Notes: a model not told the origin generated them from the letters alone. A stretch of DNA of 64,000 nt from Eledone cirrhosa (GCA_964016885.1 CAXHJY010000976.1:1-64000), one strand, 5' to 3'. Shown: positions 16,986 through 30,123, counted from the first letter of the stretch. Numbers and translations: made by a program.

Positions 16986-19900
16986 GCTACCCACCCAACA
17001 CCCCTTACACCCACCCCTACACACCACCGTTGTTATTACGTGGACCAATCATAAGCCAGAGCCCCCCCACCCCCCCCCCCCAGCACCATTGTTATTACGC
17101 GGACCAATCATAAGCCAGAGGCCTATACTATTGCTTGCCCGGTTGCCTTTCGATATATGATGGATGGATGGATGGACTACGGAATCCTGGAGAGTGGAAG
17201 AGAGAGACAAATCTGGACGCTCAGCGAAAATGCCAAAGTTAAAGACAAATTCACCTTGTGGACGAGAATGCGAGCACTCCTCTTTGTTTCGACCGCGGGC
17301 GGCTAACATAACCCCATCTCCCCCCGCCCCCCACCGCCTCCACCCTCCAAACGCAATCCAAAACTTCAGAGTTGGTACCATAAATGTAGGCACCCTAAAG
17401 GGTTGCGCTAACGAGGTTGTAGAAATGCTTGAACGTAAGGAGGTCGATGTTTGTTGTATTCAAGAGACCAGGTGGAGGGGTGGGTCTGCTAGATTCATTG
17501 AGGGTAAAAAACGATGTTATAAGCTTTTCTGGGTGGGAAACGACGATGGGCTGGGTGGAGTAGGAATCATGGTAGCAGAAAAGTGGGCGGATAAGATAAT
17601 AGACGTAAATAGAGTGAACGACAGAATAATTAAAATAAGACTTGTCCTCAATAGAACTACGGTGACAGTAATATCTGCGTACGCACCCCAATCCGGACTG
17701 CCCGGCACTATAAAAGACAGATTCTATGAGACACTGATGCTAACTACCTCCCAAATATCCGACAGTGACTATATAATTATTGCAGGCGACCTAAATGGTC
17801 ACGTTGGACAACATTGTGACGGCTACGACGAAATCCATGGAGGCTATGGGTTTGGTACTAGAAATGAGGAAGGCTCCAGAATCCTGGAATTCTGTGATGC
17901 AAATAACCTAACTATCTGTAACACTAACTTCAAAAAATGTGACAATCACCTGATCACCTATAGATCCGGGGAACACACAAGCCAGGTAGATTATATCCTT
18001 ACCAGAAGACGTGACAGAGTGTCTGTTGTAAACACTAAATCCCTCCCCCATGAAGAATGCACCTCCCAACATAGACTGATAATTAGCGACCTCATAGTCA
18101 GGACGAGACGTACTCGACAGCAGAAGAGGACTATCCTCAGGAGAAAAATATGGAAGCTAAAGGACCCCACAGCCAGAAATAAATTTCAAAGCATATTACT
18201 TGATGCTTTCGACAGTAAGGAAGAACATTTAGAGTCGGACAATATAGAGGGACAGTAGGAATTTCTGAAAGCAAACCTGCTGATGGCGACAGACGAAGTC
18301 TGTGGCTGGAGCAGGCCTGTAGGCAGGAGGAGAGTAACATGGTGGTGGAACAGTAAGGTGGAGGGGTCAATTAAGGCCAAAAAGCAGGCTTGGAAAGTAT
18401 GGCGGGATGGGGGAAATAGAGAAGACTATCAAGTGGCCAGGAGGGAAGCTAGGAGACAAGTGTACTTAGCAAGAAGGGAAGCAGAGGAAAGAAAGTTCAA
18501 GCATGTTCTACAACGCGAGAACCAAAAACGTGAGGTGTTCAGGATTGCTAGGCAATGCGTCAAGGAAAACCGTGATATTGTCGGGGAGAAGTGTGTACTT
18601 AACGATGATGGCATACTTGCCATCACCGACACTGATAAGAAGGTAGCTTGGAAGTGTCACTATGAAAGGCTACTAAATGAGGAGAATAAATGGGAGAAAG
18701 ACAGTCTCCCCCATATCGACCCAATAGAGAGACCAGCAGTGTTAGTCGAGGAGAGTATAGTAAGTAAGACAATCAAGGATATGAAGACGGGTAAGGCGGC
18801 TGGGCCTTCGGAAATAGTTGCTGAGATGCTGAAGGCATCTGGCACAGTGGGACACACCATGGTCACCCGCATAGTTAACCAAGTCGTACAGAATGGGGTT
18901 GTTCCGAAGGACTGGCATAGCAGCATCATCGTTAACTGTTATAAGGGTAAAGGAGACGCCCTAGATAGGAGTAACTATAGAGGCATTAAATTAATCGACC
19001 AGGTCATGAAGGTCACGGAAAAAGTAATAGCGCAACTAATCAGAGAGAGAATTGACCTAGATGAAATGCAGTTCGGGTTTGTGTCAGGCAAAAGTACCAC
19101 AGACGCTCTTTTCATTGTACGACAACTACAAGAGAAGTACCTAGCTAAAGTAAACCCCTCTACTTAGCTTTTGTCGACTTGGAGAAAGCCTTCGACAGAG
19201 TCCCCCGCTCCATTATCTGGTGGGCTCTTAGAAAACTAGACGTCGACGAATGGCTTGTGAGGGCTATACAAGCCATGTATAAAGAAACAGTCAGCAAGGT
19301 TAGAATTAACAACGAATATAGTGAAGAGTTTAGCGTAAAAGTTGGCATCCATCAGGGCTCTGTTCTCAGCCCCCTACTATTTATTATTGCCCTTCAGGCT
19401 ATAACAGAGGAGTTCAAGACCGGCTGCCCATGGGAACTCCTATACGCAGACGACCTGACACTCATAGCGGAATCAATGGCCGAGCTAGAGAAGAAATTCC
19501 AAACATGGAAGCACGGCCTAGAATCAAAAGGACTTAAAATTAACCTGGCTAAGTCTAAAGTTCTAGTTTGTAGGAAAGAAAATAAGGCGGCGGTCCCTTC
19601 TGGGAAATTGTCGTGCTCGGTGTGTAGGAAAGGCGTAGGTAGAAACTCCATTTTATGTCCTAAATGCAAAGTATGGGTGCATAAAAGATGTAGTGGGATC
19701 ACAGGTAAGCTAACTAAGAACATAGATTTTACATGTGGCCGGTGCTCTGGTGCAATAAGTAGCAGCAAGTGCCCACAAAATACTAGCTCTTTCAATTGCG
19801 CAGAGGGTTCTATAGAAATAGTGGACAGCTTCCGTTACCTGGGCGATAAAATCAGCAGTGGGGGAGGGTGCTCTGAAAGTACAGTAGCTAGAGTCAGAAC

Positions 19901-20779
19901 TGGTTGGAAAAAGTTCAGAGAGCTTATACCACTATTAGCTGCTAAAGGGTTCTCCCTAAAAATGAAAGGCAGGTTGTACGACGCCTGCATACGAACAGCA
20001 ATGTTGCATGGCAGTGAGACCAGGGCATTGTGTGCAGAGGATATACGCAGACTAGAGAGGAACGAAGCTTGCATGCTCCGCTGGATGTGTAACAGTAATA
20101 TACGTGAACGGCAAAGCATAAACGAACTAAGGAAAAAATTAGAAATAAGAGGGATCAGATGTTGTTTACTCGAGAGAAGGCTACGTTGGTATGGACACGT
20201 GATGCGCATGAAAGTCGATAGCTGTATAACAAAGTGCAGGGCAATAAAGATAGACGGTAGCCACGGAATAGGCAGACCTAGAAAAACCTGGGACGAGCTG
20301 ATAAACTCCGACCTCACACACTTACACCTCTCCAAGACAATGTCACTGGACCGAGACCTTTGGCGGTACTCAGTAACAGAGAAGACCCGCCTTACCTAAA
20401 TACATAGTAAAACCTACTACAGCCAGTAGGCATCTCTAACAAAATACACCCCCCCACCCCCACCCCATCCACACCACCCCGTTCTATGTAAAGTTATGTT
20501 GGTGCCGCGCCATCCAGGCCGAAACAAATGAGATCGTGTAGGTGTCACGACAAAAAAACACACAGTCCACGCTGTAATATGGCCGTGTAGGCAACACGGT
20601 AAAAACCTCCCAGACCCACACTGTAAATGTGGTTGGTGTTAGGAAGGGCATCCAATTGTAGAAAACCTGCCAGACAGTCCTATGCGAGCAAGACAATCAC
20701 TCTTGCCTCAAGTGGGACTACCCCCGTCCAAACCCATGCAAGCGTGGAACATGGACGTTAAACGTTGATGATGATGATA
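16986..20779 (+). mobile_element. Near full-length RTE-clade LINE (APE + RT), ending in (GAT)n
   Basis: APE motifs GTINVGTL, IQETRW, SAYAPQ, GDLNGH, VDYIL, SQHRL followed by RT; 5' boundary approximate. Confidence 0.92.
17230..20399 (+). pseudogene. LINE APE-RT-PHD ORF disrupted by one nonsense codon and one frameshift
   Basis: TAG at 18256-18258 where the sister copy has TGG (EQWEFL); 1-bp deletion near 19148 (ctaaagtaaa versus ctaaaagtaaa). Confidence 0.9.
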
Positions 20780-21750
20780 TATATATATATAGTGAGGGAG
20801 AGATTTAGGGATTGTTGCTGTTAACAATAAAGAAAATGTTCTTTGTTGGTGTAATAGAGAAAATTATATTTTGTTATTATAAGGTAGGTAAAATTTCTAG
20901 TTAAAAATAGAATAGTAAGGCCATGTCTTGACTACTAATCTATGCATTAGTGTGGAAAATGGACATTAAGCGATGTTGATGATATATATATATATCGAGA
21001 CCACTTGACAACATTGAAGTACTTTGATGGGTAGGGGTGCAGGTTGGAGGTTTTATCTTATCAACGAGGTATAAATAGCTTTTCACCTGTTTTGACTTGT
21101 TTTATCATTATCATGATCATCATTATTCTCATCATCATCATCATCATCATTATCATCAGTGTCCATGACCCGTTTCAGGGCTTGCAAGTCTGGTGGGAAG
21201 GAAGATTTTCTCAACATGGAAACATAGTCTTGAATGTTTGCAACAGAGATATCTCTTCTAAAGACACACAAGGGCCAGATGGTGGTGTTAAACTGCTGAA
21301 TTGTTTAGGTCCAACAACCAAATAGACCGTGATGAGATTTGAACTCATAATGCAATGTGCTGGACCACTTACAGCAACGCATCCTGTCCCATACTCTACC
21401 TGTTCACTATCTTAGTCTGGTATTTCACTTATCAATTTTAGAAGGATGAAAGGCAAAGATGACCATAGGGGGCTATAAACTAGAGCAAAAGGAACTGGAA
21501 TATATATTGTTTCTATTCAGAGTGAAGGCATTGGCAAGGTTTTTTGGTTTTTTTCATGTAAGACCATTAGTTTCCATGTTGCATGCCTCCAGTTTCCATG
21601 TCATTAATGTTGTCCTAAGGTAGTTGATTTGGCAGAGTCGTTAAAGCATTATATAATTTCTCTGGGTCCTTGTATTCTGAGTTCTGATCCTGCTGAGGTC
21701 ACTTTGTCTTTTGTCTTTTCTGTATCAATAAAAAAAATACCATTCCAATA

Positions 21751-21843
21751 CTAGCGCAGCTCTGTCTCCTTCCAGCTATCAGATCCTGGATGTTCCACTG
21801 AATCAGGGGAGGTGACTGTGTCTGCTTGTGACTGCATGAGCAC
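21751..21843 (-). CDS. Putative terminal exon of unknown gene (VLMQSQADTVTSPDSVEHPGSDSWKETELR*)
   Basis: ttatag acceptor, phase 0, consistent with the upstream exons; no homology recognised. Confidence 0.35.
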   Translation of the reverse strand: MLMQSQADTVTSPDSVEHPGSDSWKETELR

Positions 21844-22525
21844 CTATAACCCTTAGCAAAAGTAAGGCGCATACTACCATGTCATACCTAGTTATGAATT
21901 ATGGCTGTAGATGTCCTAGAGAAAAAGAACAGCTGATACAGCTGAACAGAAACAAATACTGCAAAGTATTTTATCTGATGTTCTAATTTACTGCTTTTCA
22001 TTGGGATAATTGTTGCTATAGTTAAGTTTTGTAGGAAGTGATTAAAAAGGCTAGCATCGGGAAGGGCAACTGTCTATAAAACACTGCCTCAAATAGATCT
22101 ATCAAACACATACCATCATTGAAAGACATATAAAACAATGATGATAATTATGTCCCTTCCTAATGCTGACAACTCAAATGTGAAGTAGAAATGGTGAAAC
22201 TGTTATTTTATGTTTGTGCTCAGTCATGCAAACTGGACCAAAGAAAGTTTAGAACCTTTGCCCAGGGACACACTATGATGACTGTAGTCATATTTGAACT
22301 TATGACTATGTAGTCTAATAAGTGTTCAGATGAATATAAACCCTCCAAAACAAAGAGTTTTGTATTATAGAAGCAGGGGTGGTTTCAGTCAGTTTCATAT
22401 CAAATGGGTTAACTCATGTATGTTTAGTTCGGTATTCTAAACAACATTCAACTATATTCTAAAATTCAAAATATTTCACTTTGGTATTTAGATTATATCC
22501 CAACAGCATTCTTTGACCATGGTTA

Positions 22526-22566
<41 letters not shown>

Positions 22567-22749
22567 CATATACACACACATATGTATTGTATAAGACAAA
22601 ATATTCCAGTAAAGGCTGTAGATTACATTCCAACAACCTTCTTTGACCAGGAATGGTATATTTCAATCTAAAACACAGAATATACCTGATAGATTTTAGA
22701 TTTTAATGAATCAGAGAAAGAACAATAGTCTTCATGACTCTTTACATAC

Positions 22750-22809
22750 TCTTTCAGATTTATGGAAGTTGTTGGTACAGCTCTCACCTATACAGGTGTT
22801 ATTGGTCTC
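22750..22809 (-). CDS. Putative internal exon of unknown gene (ETNNTCIGESCTNNFHKSER)
   Basis: cttgtag acceptor, gtatgt donor, 60 nt, phase 0/0. Confidence 0.35.
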
Positions 22810-23700
22810 CTACAAGGTTGTACCTCATAGGCAGTATCTCAAGTGTTTTAATGAGAGGGGCCTCAATCTTATCGTGAAAAGCAATGTGAAATGAAGCATC
22901 TTGCTCAAGAACTCATGCTACCTAATCCAGGTTCAAACCTATTACCTTATGATGATTCCAACACCCTAGCCACCTGGCTATGTACCTTCACAATGGCCCA
23001 TGCTGCTTTATATGGCTTATAAATCTTGTGGAAGGAAGTGAGGACATTTAAACTTGGTGTAGCCCAACTGTCTTCATGTATGGACACCGTGTTTCTTCCA
23101 GAGAAATAGAGAAAATGTCAAAAAAAAGACAGTGGAAGAATGACCTTGAAAGAATGAAAGGCAAAGTTGACCTCTTCCGTACAGTGAACTAGACTATGCC
23201 AATTCGAGTGACAAAGGAATAGAAATATGTTCTATGAAGATGAAGACATGTTCCATAATATGCAATAGATGTTGCAGTTGAAAATATGTTGTTTTTAGAT
23301 CTTATCTATTGGACAATTGCTAATATATAAATTGAGATTTCTCTCTTGGGGAAGCTAAAGTAAAAAAGACAAAGAGTCATTAACTTTTGCTGGGGCTTGT
23401 AGGGGTGTTGTTCACACACATGAAGTGTTTTGAACATTTTAAACTTGATGGGGCTCATCCATCTTCAAGTCAAAACCCAGTCGATTTCTTCCAGAGAAAT
23501 ACGAGATAGAGGAAGAATCAACTCCAGTACTTAGTTAATACTTTGTTTATTGACCTCAAAATGATGAAAGGCAAAATTGACCATGACAGGATTTGAACTC
23601 AGAGCACACATTTCAATTCCATACCTTAACAACTCTGCCACTGTGCTGCCTTCCTCATGTAGCTGCTGAGAGAAATTGGGATTATAAAGTAAACAACAGA

Positions 23701-24085
23701 GGTACAGGCATGGCCATCTAGTCAAGGAGTTTGTTTCGCAAGCAGTTGGTTTTGGGTTCAGTTCCCCCATGTGACACCTTGGGCAAGTATCTTCTACTAT
23801 AGCCTTTGATTAATCAATGCATTTTGAATGAAATTTGATTAAAGGAAACTGCAGATGCCTATTTTTATATATGTTTATGTGTGTGTATATTTTCTGCCTT
23901 TGTGTTTACATTTTCTGTTTATAACCTGTAACTTAGTGGTTCAACCAAAAGAGATCAATAAAATAAGTACCAGACTTGGAAAAATAAGGTCAACAAAAAA
24001 ATAAACTGGGGTTGACATGATTGATTAAATCCCTTCAAAGCAGTACTCCAGCATGGCTGTTGTCTAATGACTTACACAACTAAAA
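23701..24085 (+). mobile_element. tRNA-derived CORE-like SINE
   Basis: tRNA-like head (tggccatctagtcaagg...gggttcagttccc) then gacaccttgggcaagt; related - strand copy at ~31790-31920. Confidence 0.55.
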
Positions 24086-24156
24086 GAATACAAGAATAAC
24101 ACAAACCATTACCATAAAAACAGTAGAAAATCAAAGGCAAAGAAAGACAAACTTAC

Positions 24157-24782
24157 CATTCTCACTTTCCAGAATCTACTTTCAATACTTCTGAGACTTG
24201 TGGCTAGACTGACAAAACTGTGTTCAGTGTTTTGACCAGAACAACTGCTATGTAAACTTGTGTGACTCAGTTTCTCCATCTCTACATTGATCTCATCACT
24301 AAAGCTTCTCAGACGCAGGAAACTATCGATACTACAGTATTGGTGCTGTGTTGCAGCCGCCACGCAACTCAACGAACTGCGCTGACTGTTGCGTTCAGCT
24401 GTTAGTTCATCTTGTAGAGTTGAGCACTTCATGACCATTGGTGCTAACTTGGACCTGCCAGGTTTACTGGTGGTGGTAGTAGTAGTGGTTGTTGTGGCAG
24501 TGGTGGTGGTGTTGTCTTGAGCTGCATCTTCACCGATACTCACCGTACTCCCTTCTCGAGTCGATGGGCCCGTATCCAGTCCAGATCTCCGGCAGTTGAT
24601 ATTAGTGTGGGCCAATATCTCAAGAGGGGAAACTAAGTTTAGTCCTGGGAATTTAAACTTTGTACTTTTCCAGTTGTTTTTGCCTTTTTGCTTCATTGTT
24701 TTTGATATTAACTCCAGTCTATAAGTACTTGGGTTCAAGCCTGGTTCCTGCCTTCTTGCTCTTGTTTTTTTCTTTTTTTTTT
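24157..24782 (-). CDS. Large putative exon of an unidentified Ser/Thr-rich protein
   Basis: Over 200 open codons of non-repetitive, higher-GC sequence; strong ATG|gtaagt donor at 24156; candidate acceptor at 24784-24783. Confidence 0.55.
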
Positions 24783-24936
24783 CTTTAGCAAGTAAATGCT
24801 TAAATGTAAATTTTCAAAGAAAACATACAAAAGATGCTTGTTATAAAAAAGTAATTTTATAATAGTAATAATAATAATAATTTCTTTAATAATAATAATA
24901 ATTGTTACTATTATTGTTGTTGTTATTAGTAGTAGT

Positions 24937-25120
24937 GGATTGGCAGTATTGGTAGAGCATCAGACACCATGCTTTGCAGCATAGAGTTATAGCCCTTTAC
25001 GTTGTGGGTTCAAATCCTGCCAAGGTTAACTTTGTCTTTCATCCTTATGTGGTTGATAAAATAAAGTACCAGTAATGCACTGGGATAATTGCTGGCCTTG
25101 TACCAAAAGTAGAAACAATT
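24937..25120 (+). mobile_element. tRNA-derived SINE
   Basis: A-box tggcagtattggtag, B-box ggttcaaatcc, core ctttcatcctt...gataaaataaagtaccag, (ATT)n-like tail. Confidence 0.8.
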
Positions 25121-25775
25121 ATTGTTATTATTAGTAGTAGTACTGGCACTAGGAGTGGTGGAGGTGGTAGTAGTGTTAGTGGTGGTGGTGTAAGTATATG
25201 TGTGTGTGTAGGTGGGTATATAGGACACTTATTCTATTTATTACATTAGTTAAGAAAACACTATTTATTTATTTATTCATTATTCCACTAGTTTGCAATG
25301 TTAGAGACATCAGAGCTGTTGTTTTAGTATGTAAAGTATTTGTGTGTGTGTGAACAAGAGAGCAGAGGCAGACATTATATAGAAGAGAGAGAGAGAGAGA
25401 GAGAGAGGGAGACTAACAGAGAATTATCCTTAGTAGAGAGAGAAAAATGCAGACAGAGTTCTAGATAGTAGAAAGAGGGGGAGAGGAGAAAGATAGACAT
25501 GGATTAGGGAGAGAAAGAATGAGAGGGAGTCAGTAGAGAAGAAGAAAGATCAATTGGTTGAGAGAGGAAGAAAGATAAATTCAAAGGTTTTCTCTTATTT
25601 TTTCTATTTATATAAACTGTATATGTATCTATAAATGTGTGTGTGTGTATATATATATATCTCAAATTAAAAAGTGGAGTTAAAGATCTAAAATGGTTTG
25701 TTTACTAAAGGTTTTGTTTTCTGTTTCTTCCTCTTCTCACACTTTAACTTTCTATTTCATCTTTTATTTCTCATT

Positions 25776-25812
25776 TTATCTTCTGATGAAGGACTAGTGT
25801 CTGAAACATAAA
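25776..25812 (+). ncRNA. Decayed minimal hammerhead core
   Basis: CTGATGA-a-ggac-tagt-gtct-GAAAC; stems I and III are eroded. Confidence 0.3.
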
Positions 25813-25980
25813 AACACTTTTCCTACTATATCAAGTGTTAAACTAATATATTTCTTCATTGTACTGTGTTGTTTGCTTTGTTGTTTCTGTTTATCTTTTG
25901 CATACATATATATATGTATACATACACACATATATATATATGTATGTATTTATGTGTGTGCATGTATATGTGTGTCTGTA

Positions 25981-26019
<39 letters not shown>

Positions 26020-27562
26020 TATATACTATTCCCACTGTTTTACTGTGTGTCTTGAGATGTTTTATTATTATTATGGTGGCTTATTACAGGGTCGATAAAA
26101 TAAAGTACCAGTAATGCACTGGGTAATTGCTGGCCTTGTGCCAAAAAGTAGAAACAATTATGGTGGCTTATTCTCTTAACAAAATTGTGAAATCTGACAA
26201 AATCTTTGACTGAAACAAGTAATGGCATTGTTTTTTGGCATTCTTTAAAGTTTTCTCTTTGGTCTTTCTTGTCTTCAATGTTGACCAATATTTTAACAGC
26301 ATGTTTATAGCAACTGCAATGAATGAATAACCTCTGGCTGACATTTCTGGCACACAATTTAATCACTGGTAAATATTGTTGTTGTTAATCTTGCTCTAAT
26401 TACTGGTATTGGTGAAGAGAGAAAGTATTCTTGGATGATATTCAGTCAGTATTTGGTTATTACCAGAACCGTGTGTTGCTACTGTTGCTGTAGAAGGAAG
26501 ATTCTATTGTATGATGTCCAGTCTTTGGTTGTTTTACTACAGTTTCTTGTCTAGAAATAGAAGAGAAAATGGAAAATTATTATAAATTACTTAATGTTTA
26601 GTCTGGAAGGGCAGGACAGTTCCCATGACATTTTGCAGGGCCTCTGCGACAGGTGGTGGTAGTAGGGGGATGAAGGTATCTGAAACCAGAGTAGAATTAA
26701 TAAAAAACATTCTGTTGTTTCACAAATAAACATGTGTGTATTTTCAATGTTTAGTCAGAGAGGAAAGAGCACTGGTCTTGACCCTTTTCAGAGCCTCTGG
26801 GACTAGAACAAGGGGAGGGAATAAAGAAGATACCATGAAAGTGTAGCCCTGACCTCAATACTTGCAAGATTGAGTGGATTCTGCTAAAGGCACCCAATAT
26901 CCAGGATGAATGTATGAGATAATTATGTGAGGTAAAGCCTTTACCATGAAAATATAATAGTATATATAGCCTAATGTAAATGCTAAAGGGTTAATGCTGA
27001 CCAGGGGCTAAAAAACAATAACTACTACTACTATCCCTCACCACCATCTTTAACACTTCTACTATTCTCCACTACCACCACCACTACTAATTTGTTGCTA
27101 TAAACCAGATCCACCCCACCCCCACCCTCATTGTGTATCAGGTTGCTACCATTTTATGTGACTCTCCAGTACCTCAGGCAACATACATCACAGTGATGAA
27201 AGAAAAGTATTAACAACTCAACATAATCACACATCATCACCAGAGCAGACCTGGGTGTAATGGGGAATAAGGGGTAATGCCATACTCCCCAGAACATCAG
27301 AACTCTTGAATTGGATCCTCACCATTAGATGCAGTTTAGTGTCATGCCCAGTACAATACATACATACATATATATAACAAAGAGGATGTGGTAAGATACC
27401 AGATGGACCATCACGCACCAGAGTATTCAATCTTAGAGTAGTAGAGTAGGTAATTGGAAATGAGTCAAGACCCCAACAGCTGAGCTGCTGGAGCTCAGCT
27501 ATTGGGGCCCTGACTCTTTATATATATACATGCCCAGGACAATACATACATATATATGTAAA

Positions 27563-28775
27563 TACTAGCCGAATTACCTGCGCCTTGTTGCGTTTCACAC
27601 ATTTTTTTTGTAAGAAAATGATGATTGATTTTAAATCAGTGATATAATTTATGGAGAAAAACTCTGCATTTCAGTATTACTCAATGTAAAATGTAATGCA
27701 TGAAAAATTGGAAAACATTATTTTTTGGATTGGCAGTATCGGTAGAGATTCGGACGCCATGCTTTCCAGCATAGTTACGTCCCTTTACGGTCTGAGTTCA
27801 AATCCCACCGAGGTTTACTTTGCCTTTCATCCTTACGGGGTCGATAAAATAAAGTACCAGTAATGCACTGGGTAATTGCTGGCCTTGTGCCTAAAGTAGA
27901 AACGATTATTTTTTGTAATATATCAAATCAAAATTACATTATCAAATCTTATTCTTATTTTGTTTCTTGTAAATAATTTTTTTCAAAATATCAATTCAAA
28001 ACTTGATCATTTCATTTTTGTGTAAAGCATTATTTTCAAATTAGAAATTCAAAGTTTAATTATTTATTTTTTAACATAATAAATACATGAAAATATATTT
28101 CATACTTTGCTAATAAAGAACTTCAGGGTAAACAACATTTCTTGTCTTTCTTTGATTGGCTAAAATGTAGAGATTTTTTGAAGTTCCAGTCCTTGAAACA
28201 GCCACATAAAACATGCCATGACTCAAACATGGGTTTGTCAGATCTATACCAATAGTTTTGAAAGTTTGACTTTAATGCTCATGGCAAAGCATGGCCTCAC
28301 TGGGAACTGCAGCCTCTTAAATGTAAAAGGCAACTCACTATCACTTGGTATAAGTAGAATCCTAGGAATGAGAAGAGTTTGACCTTTGTAAGCCCTGAAT
28401 ATAATGGTTGCTTCAATCAAGTTCTCATGCAATCTTGTTACAACATATCTTGTTCCATTTATTGGCCAAAATTGTCACTATAAGGAGTTTAACCCCATTA
28501 GGGTGTCTTAATATTATTGAAATTTGCTGAAATTTTGTGAATAGGCATCATATCTTGGCATTTACCTATGGTTTACATTTCATATAAATCGAAGGGAAAA
28601 CATTTTTAGCAGGGGTTTGTGCCCCCGGGGAACCCTTTGATTAAAATGAAATATACTTATCCAAGTACCCTGGGCAATGTAGTTTCAGAATATATATGGT
28701 TATGGGGCGACTATCTCCAAAACCATAGGAAGAGTTTGTGAACAAACAAACAGACAGGAACTACAACTTTATATA
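27563..28775 (-). mobile_element. Helitron/Helentron remnant with PIF1 helicase fragment and a nested SINE (27727-27910)
   Basis: LLIPRILLIPSDSELPFTFKRLQFPVRPCFAMSI, frameshift, then GQTFKTIGIDLTNPCLSHGMFYVAVSRTG, matching C-terminal Helitron helicase motifs; outer boundaries approximate. Confidence 0.8.
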
Positions 28776-29182
28776 TATATGTGTGTGTGTATATATGTAT
28801 ATGTATATGTGTGTATGTGCATGAGTAGGATAAGGTCACCTAACCAAACCTGCCTCAAATGGGACAACCTGTCTAACCCATGCTAGCATGGAAGTTGGAT
28901 GTTAAATGGTGATGATGATGATATTGCCTTGAAGGAATGATAAAATGCACCAGTACACTCTGTTAAATGGTTGATATTAGAAAAGACATTCAACTATAGA
29001 AGCCATTCCAAAAATTGGAATGTATTAGTGAAACATGGTCTTCCGGTCAGTTTAGAAGGTCAATACTCAAGTAAGAACCAACTCCCTCAATCCATGCCAA
29101 CATGGAAAGTGGATGTAAAAAATGATGATGATGATGTACACATCTATATGTGTGTGTGTTTGTATATATATATACATATATA

Positions 29183-29349
29183 CAGTGAAATTCCGTTATA
29201 ATGAAATTCACAGGGTATAAAAAAAAATTGCTTATAACGAGATGGCCCGAAACAAATCAAGCATTTGTTATTACCATGGGGACTGAAAAAAAATTTGTTA
29301 TACTGAAAAATTTGTTATAATGGTATTCATTATAATGGATTTTTACCTT
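29183..29349. mobile_element. Tc1/pogo (Tigger-like) MITE
   Basis: TA-CAGTGAAATTCCGTTATAATGAA ... TTCATTATAATGGATTTTTAC imperfect TIRs. Confidence 0.55.
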
Positions 29350-29515
29350 TATATATATATATATGTGTAAATGAAGTAATTCCGTCGGAAAGGTCCAGGA
29401 AAAAAGAGTGCTCTATGTAGGTTACAGAGCTTAATAGTTATGTAATAAACAACATAAGATAATTATTTCATTTACCAGGTTTTCAAATCCACATTCAATA
29501 AAAACACCAGGATTT

Positions 29516-29576
29516 TTTCATTCTGATGACTGAAAGCAGATTTGTTTGCTTTCAAGAAACCACTGGTAAATGAAAT
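29516..29576 (+). ncRNA. Type I hammerhead ribozyme motif
   Basis: Stem I tttcatt/aatgaaa (7 bp); CTGATGA; stem II tgaaagcaga/tttgctttca; GAAA; stem III cca-c-tgg; GTA cleavage triplet. Confidence 0.72.
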
Positions 29577-29702
29577 AATTATCTTATGTTGTTTATTACA
29601 TAACTATATATATATATATATGTGTGTGTGTGTATAGGGGTGAGTGTTTATGCGTGTATATGTGTGTATGAATGGAATGAAAACAACTCATTTGAAGAAT
29701 GT

Positions 29703-29920
29703 TTAACCCTTTAATGTTCAAACCGGCCAGAACTCTCTACCTCTTTCTGTTGAAACTGGCTGTAACTGGTCACTCAAACTGATGTTAAGGTATTGTTCTC
29801 AAAATAAATACTTTCAAAATCTCATAGATTCGATATTATGTGAGACAATTATGCGAGGTAAAGCCTTTACCATGAAAATATAATAGTATATATCGAGTAA
29901 TGTGAATACTAAAGGGCTAA
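29703..29920. mobile_element. piggyBac-like MITE (TTAA-CCCTTT...AAAGGG-(T)TAA)
   Basis: Termini ttaaccctttaatgttca / tgaatactaaagggctaa; right half also present at ~26915-26994. Confidence 0.5.
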
Positions 29921-30123
29921 ACTATAACAATTGTCATTTACCTGCTTAAGTAATTAAGTTAATAATTAGTAAAACCAATTAAAAATATCAATAAAATCAG
30001 TATTTACCTGGGTATATTTATTTGACTTCCAAATAAATTTCGGTATTTGAATCCAAATATTTTCATATTCTTTTAAAACAGCTGAGTTTTAACATAGTTT
30101 TAACTCTGAGGTTCAGTTTATTT

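Noticed and set aside
17100-17230. HDV-like ribozyme expected in some RTE 5' UTRs
   Set aside because: I could not build the nested double pseudoknot by eye; an RNArobo/Infernal search would be needed
24937-25030. tRNA genes at A-box/B-box sequences
   Set aside because: They are SINE heads followed by a shared core and tail, with no complete cloverleaf
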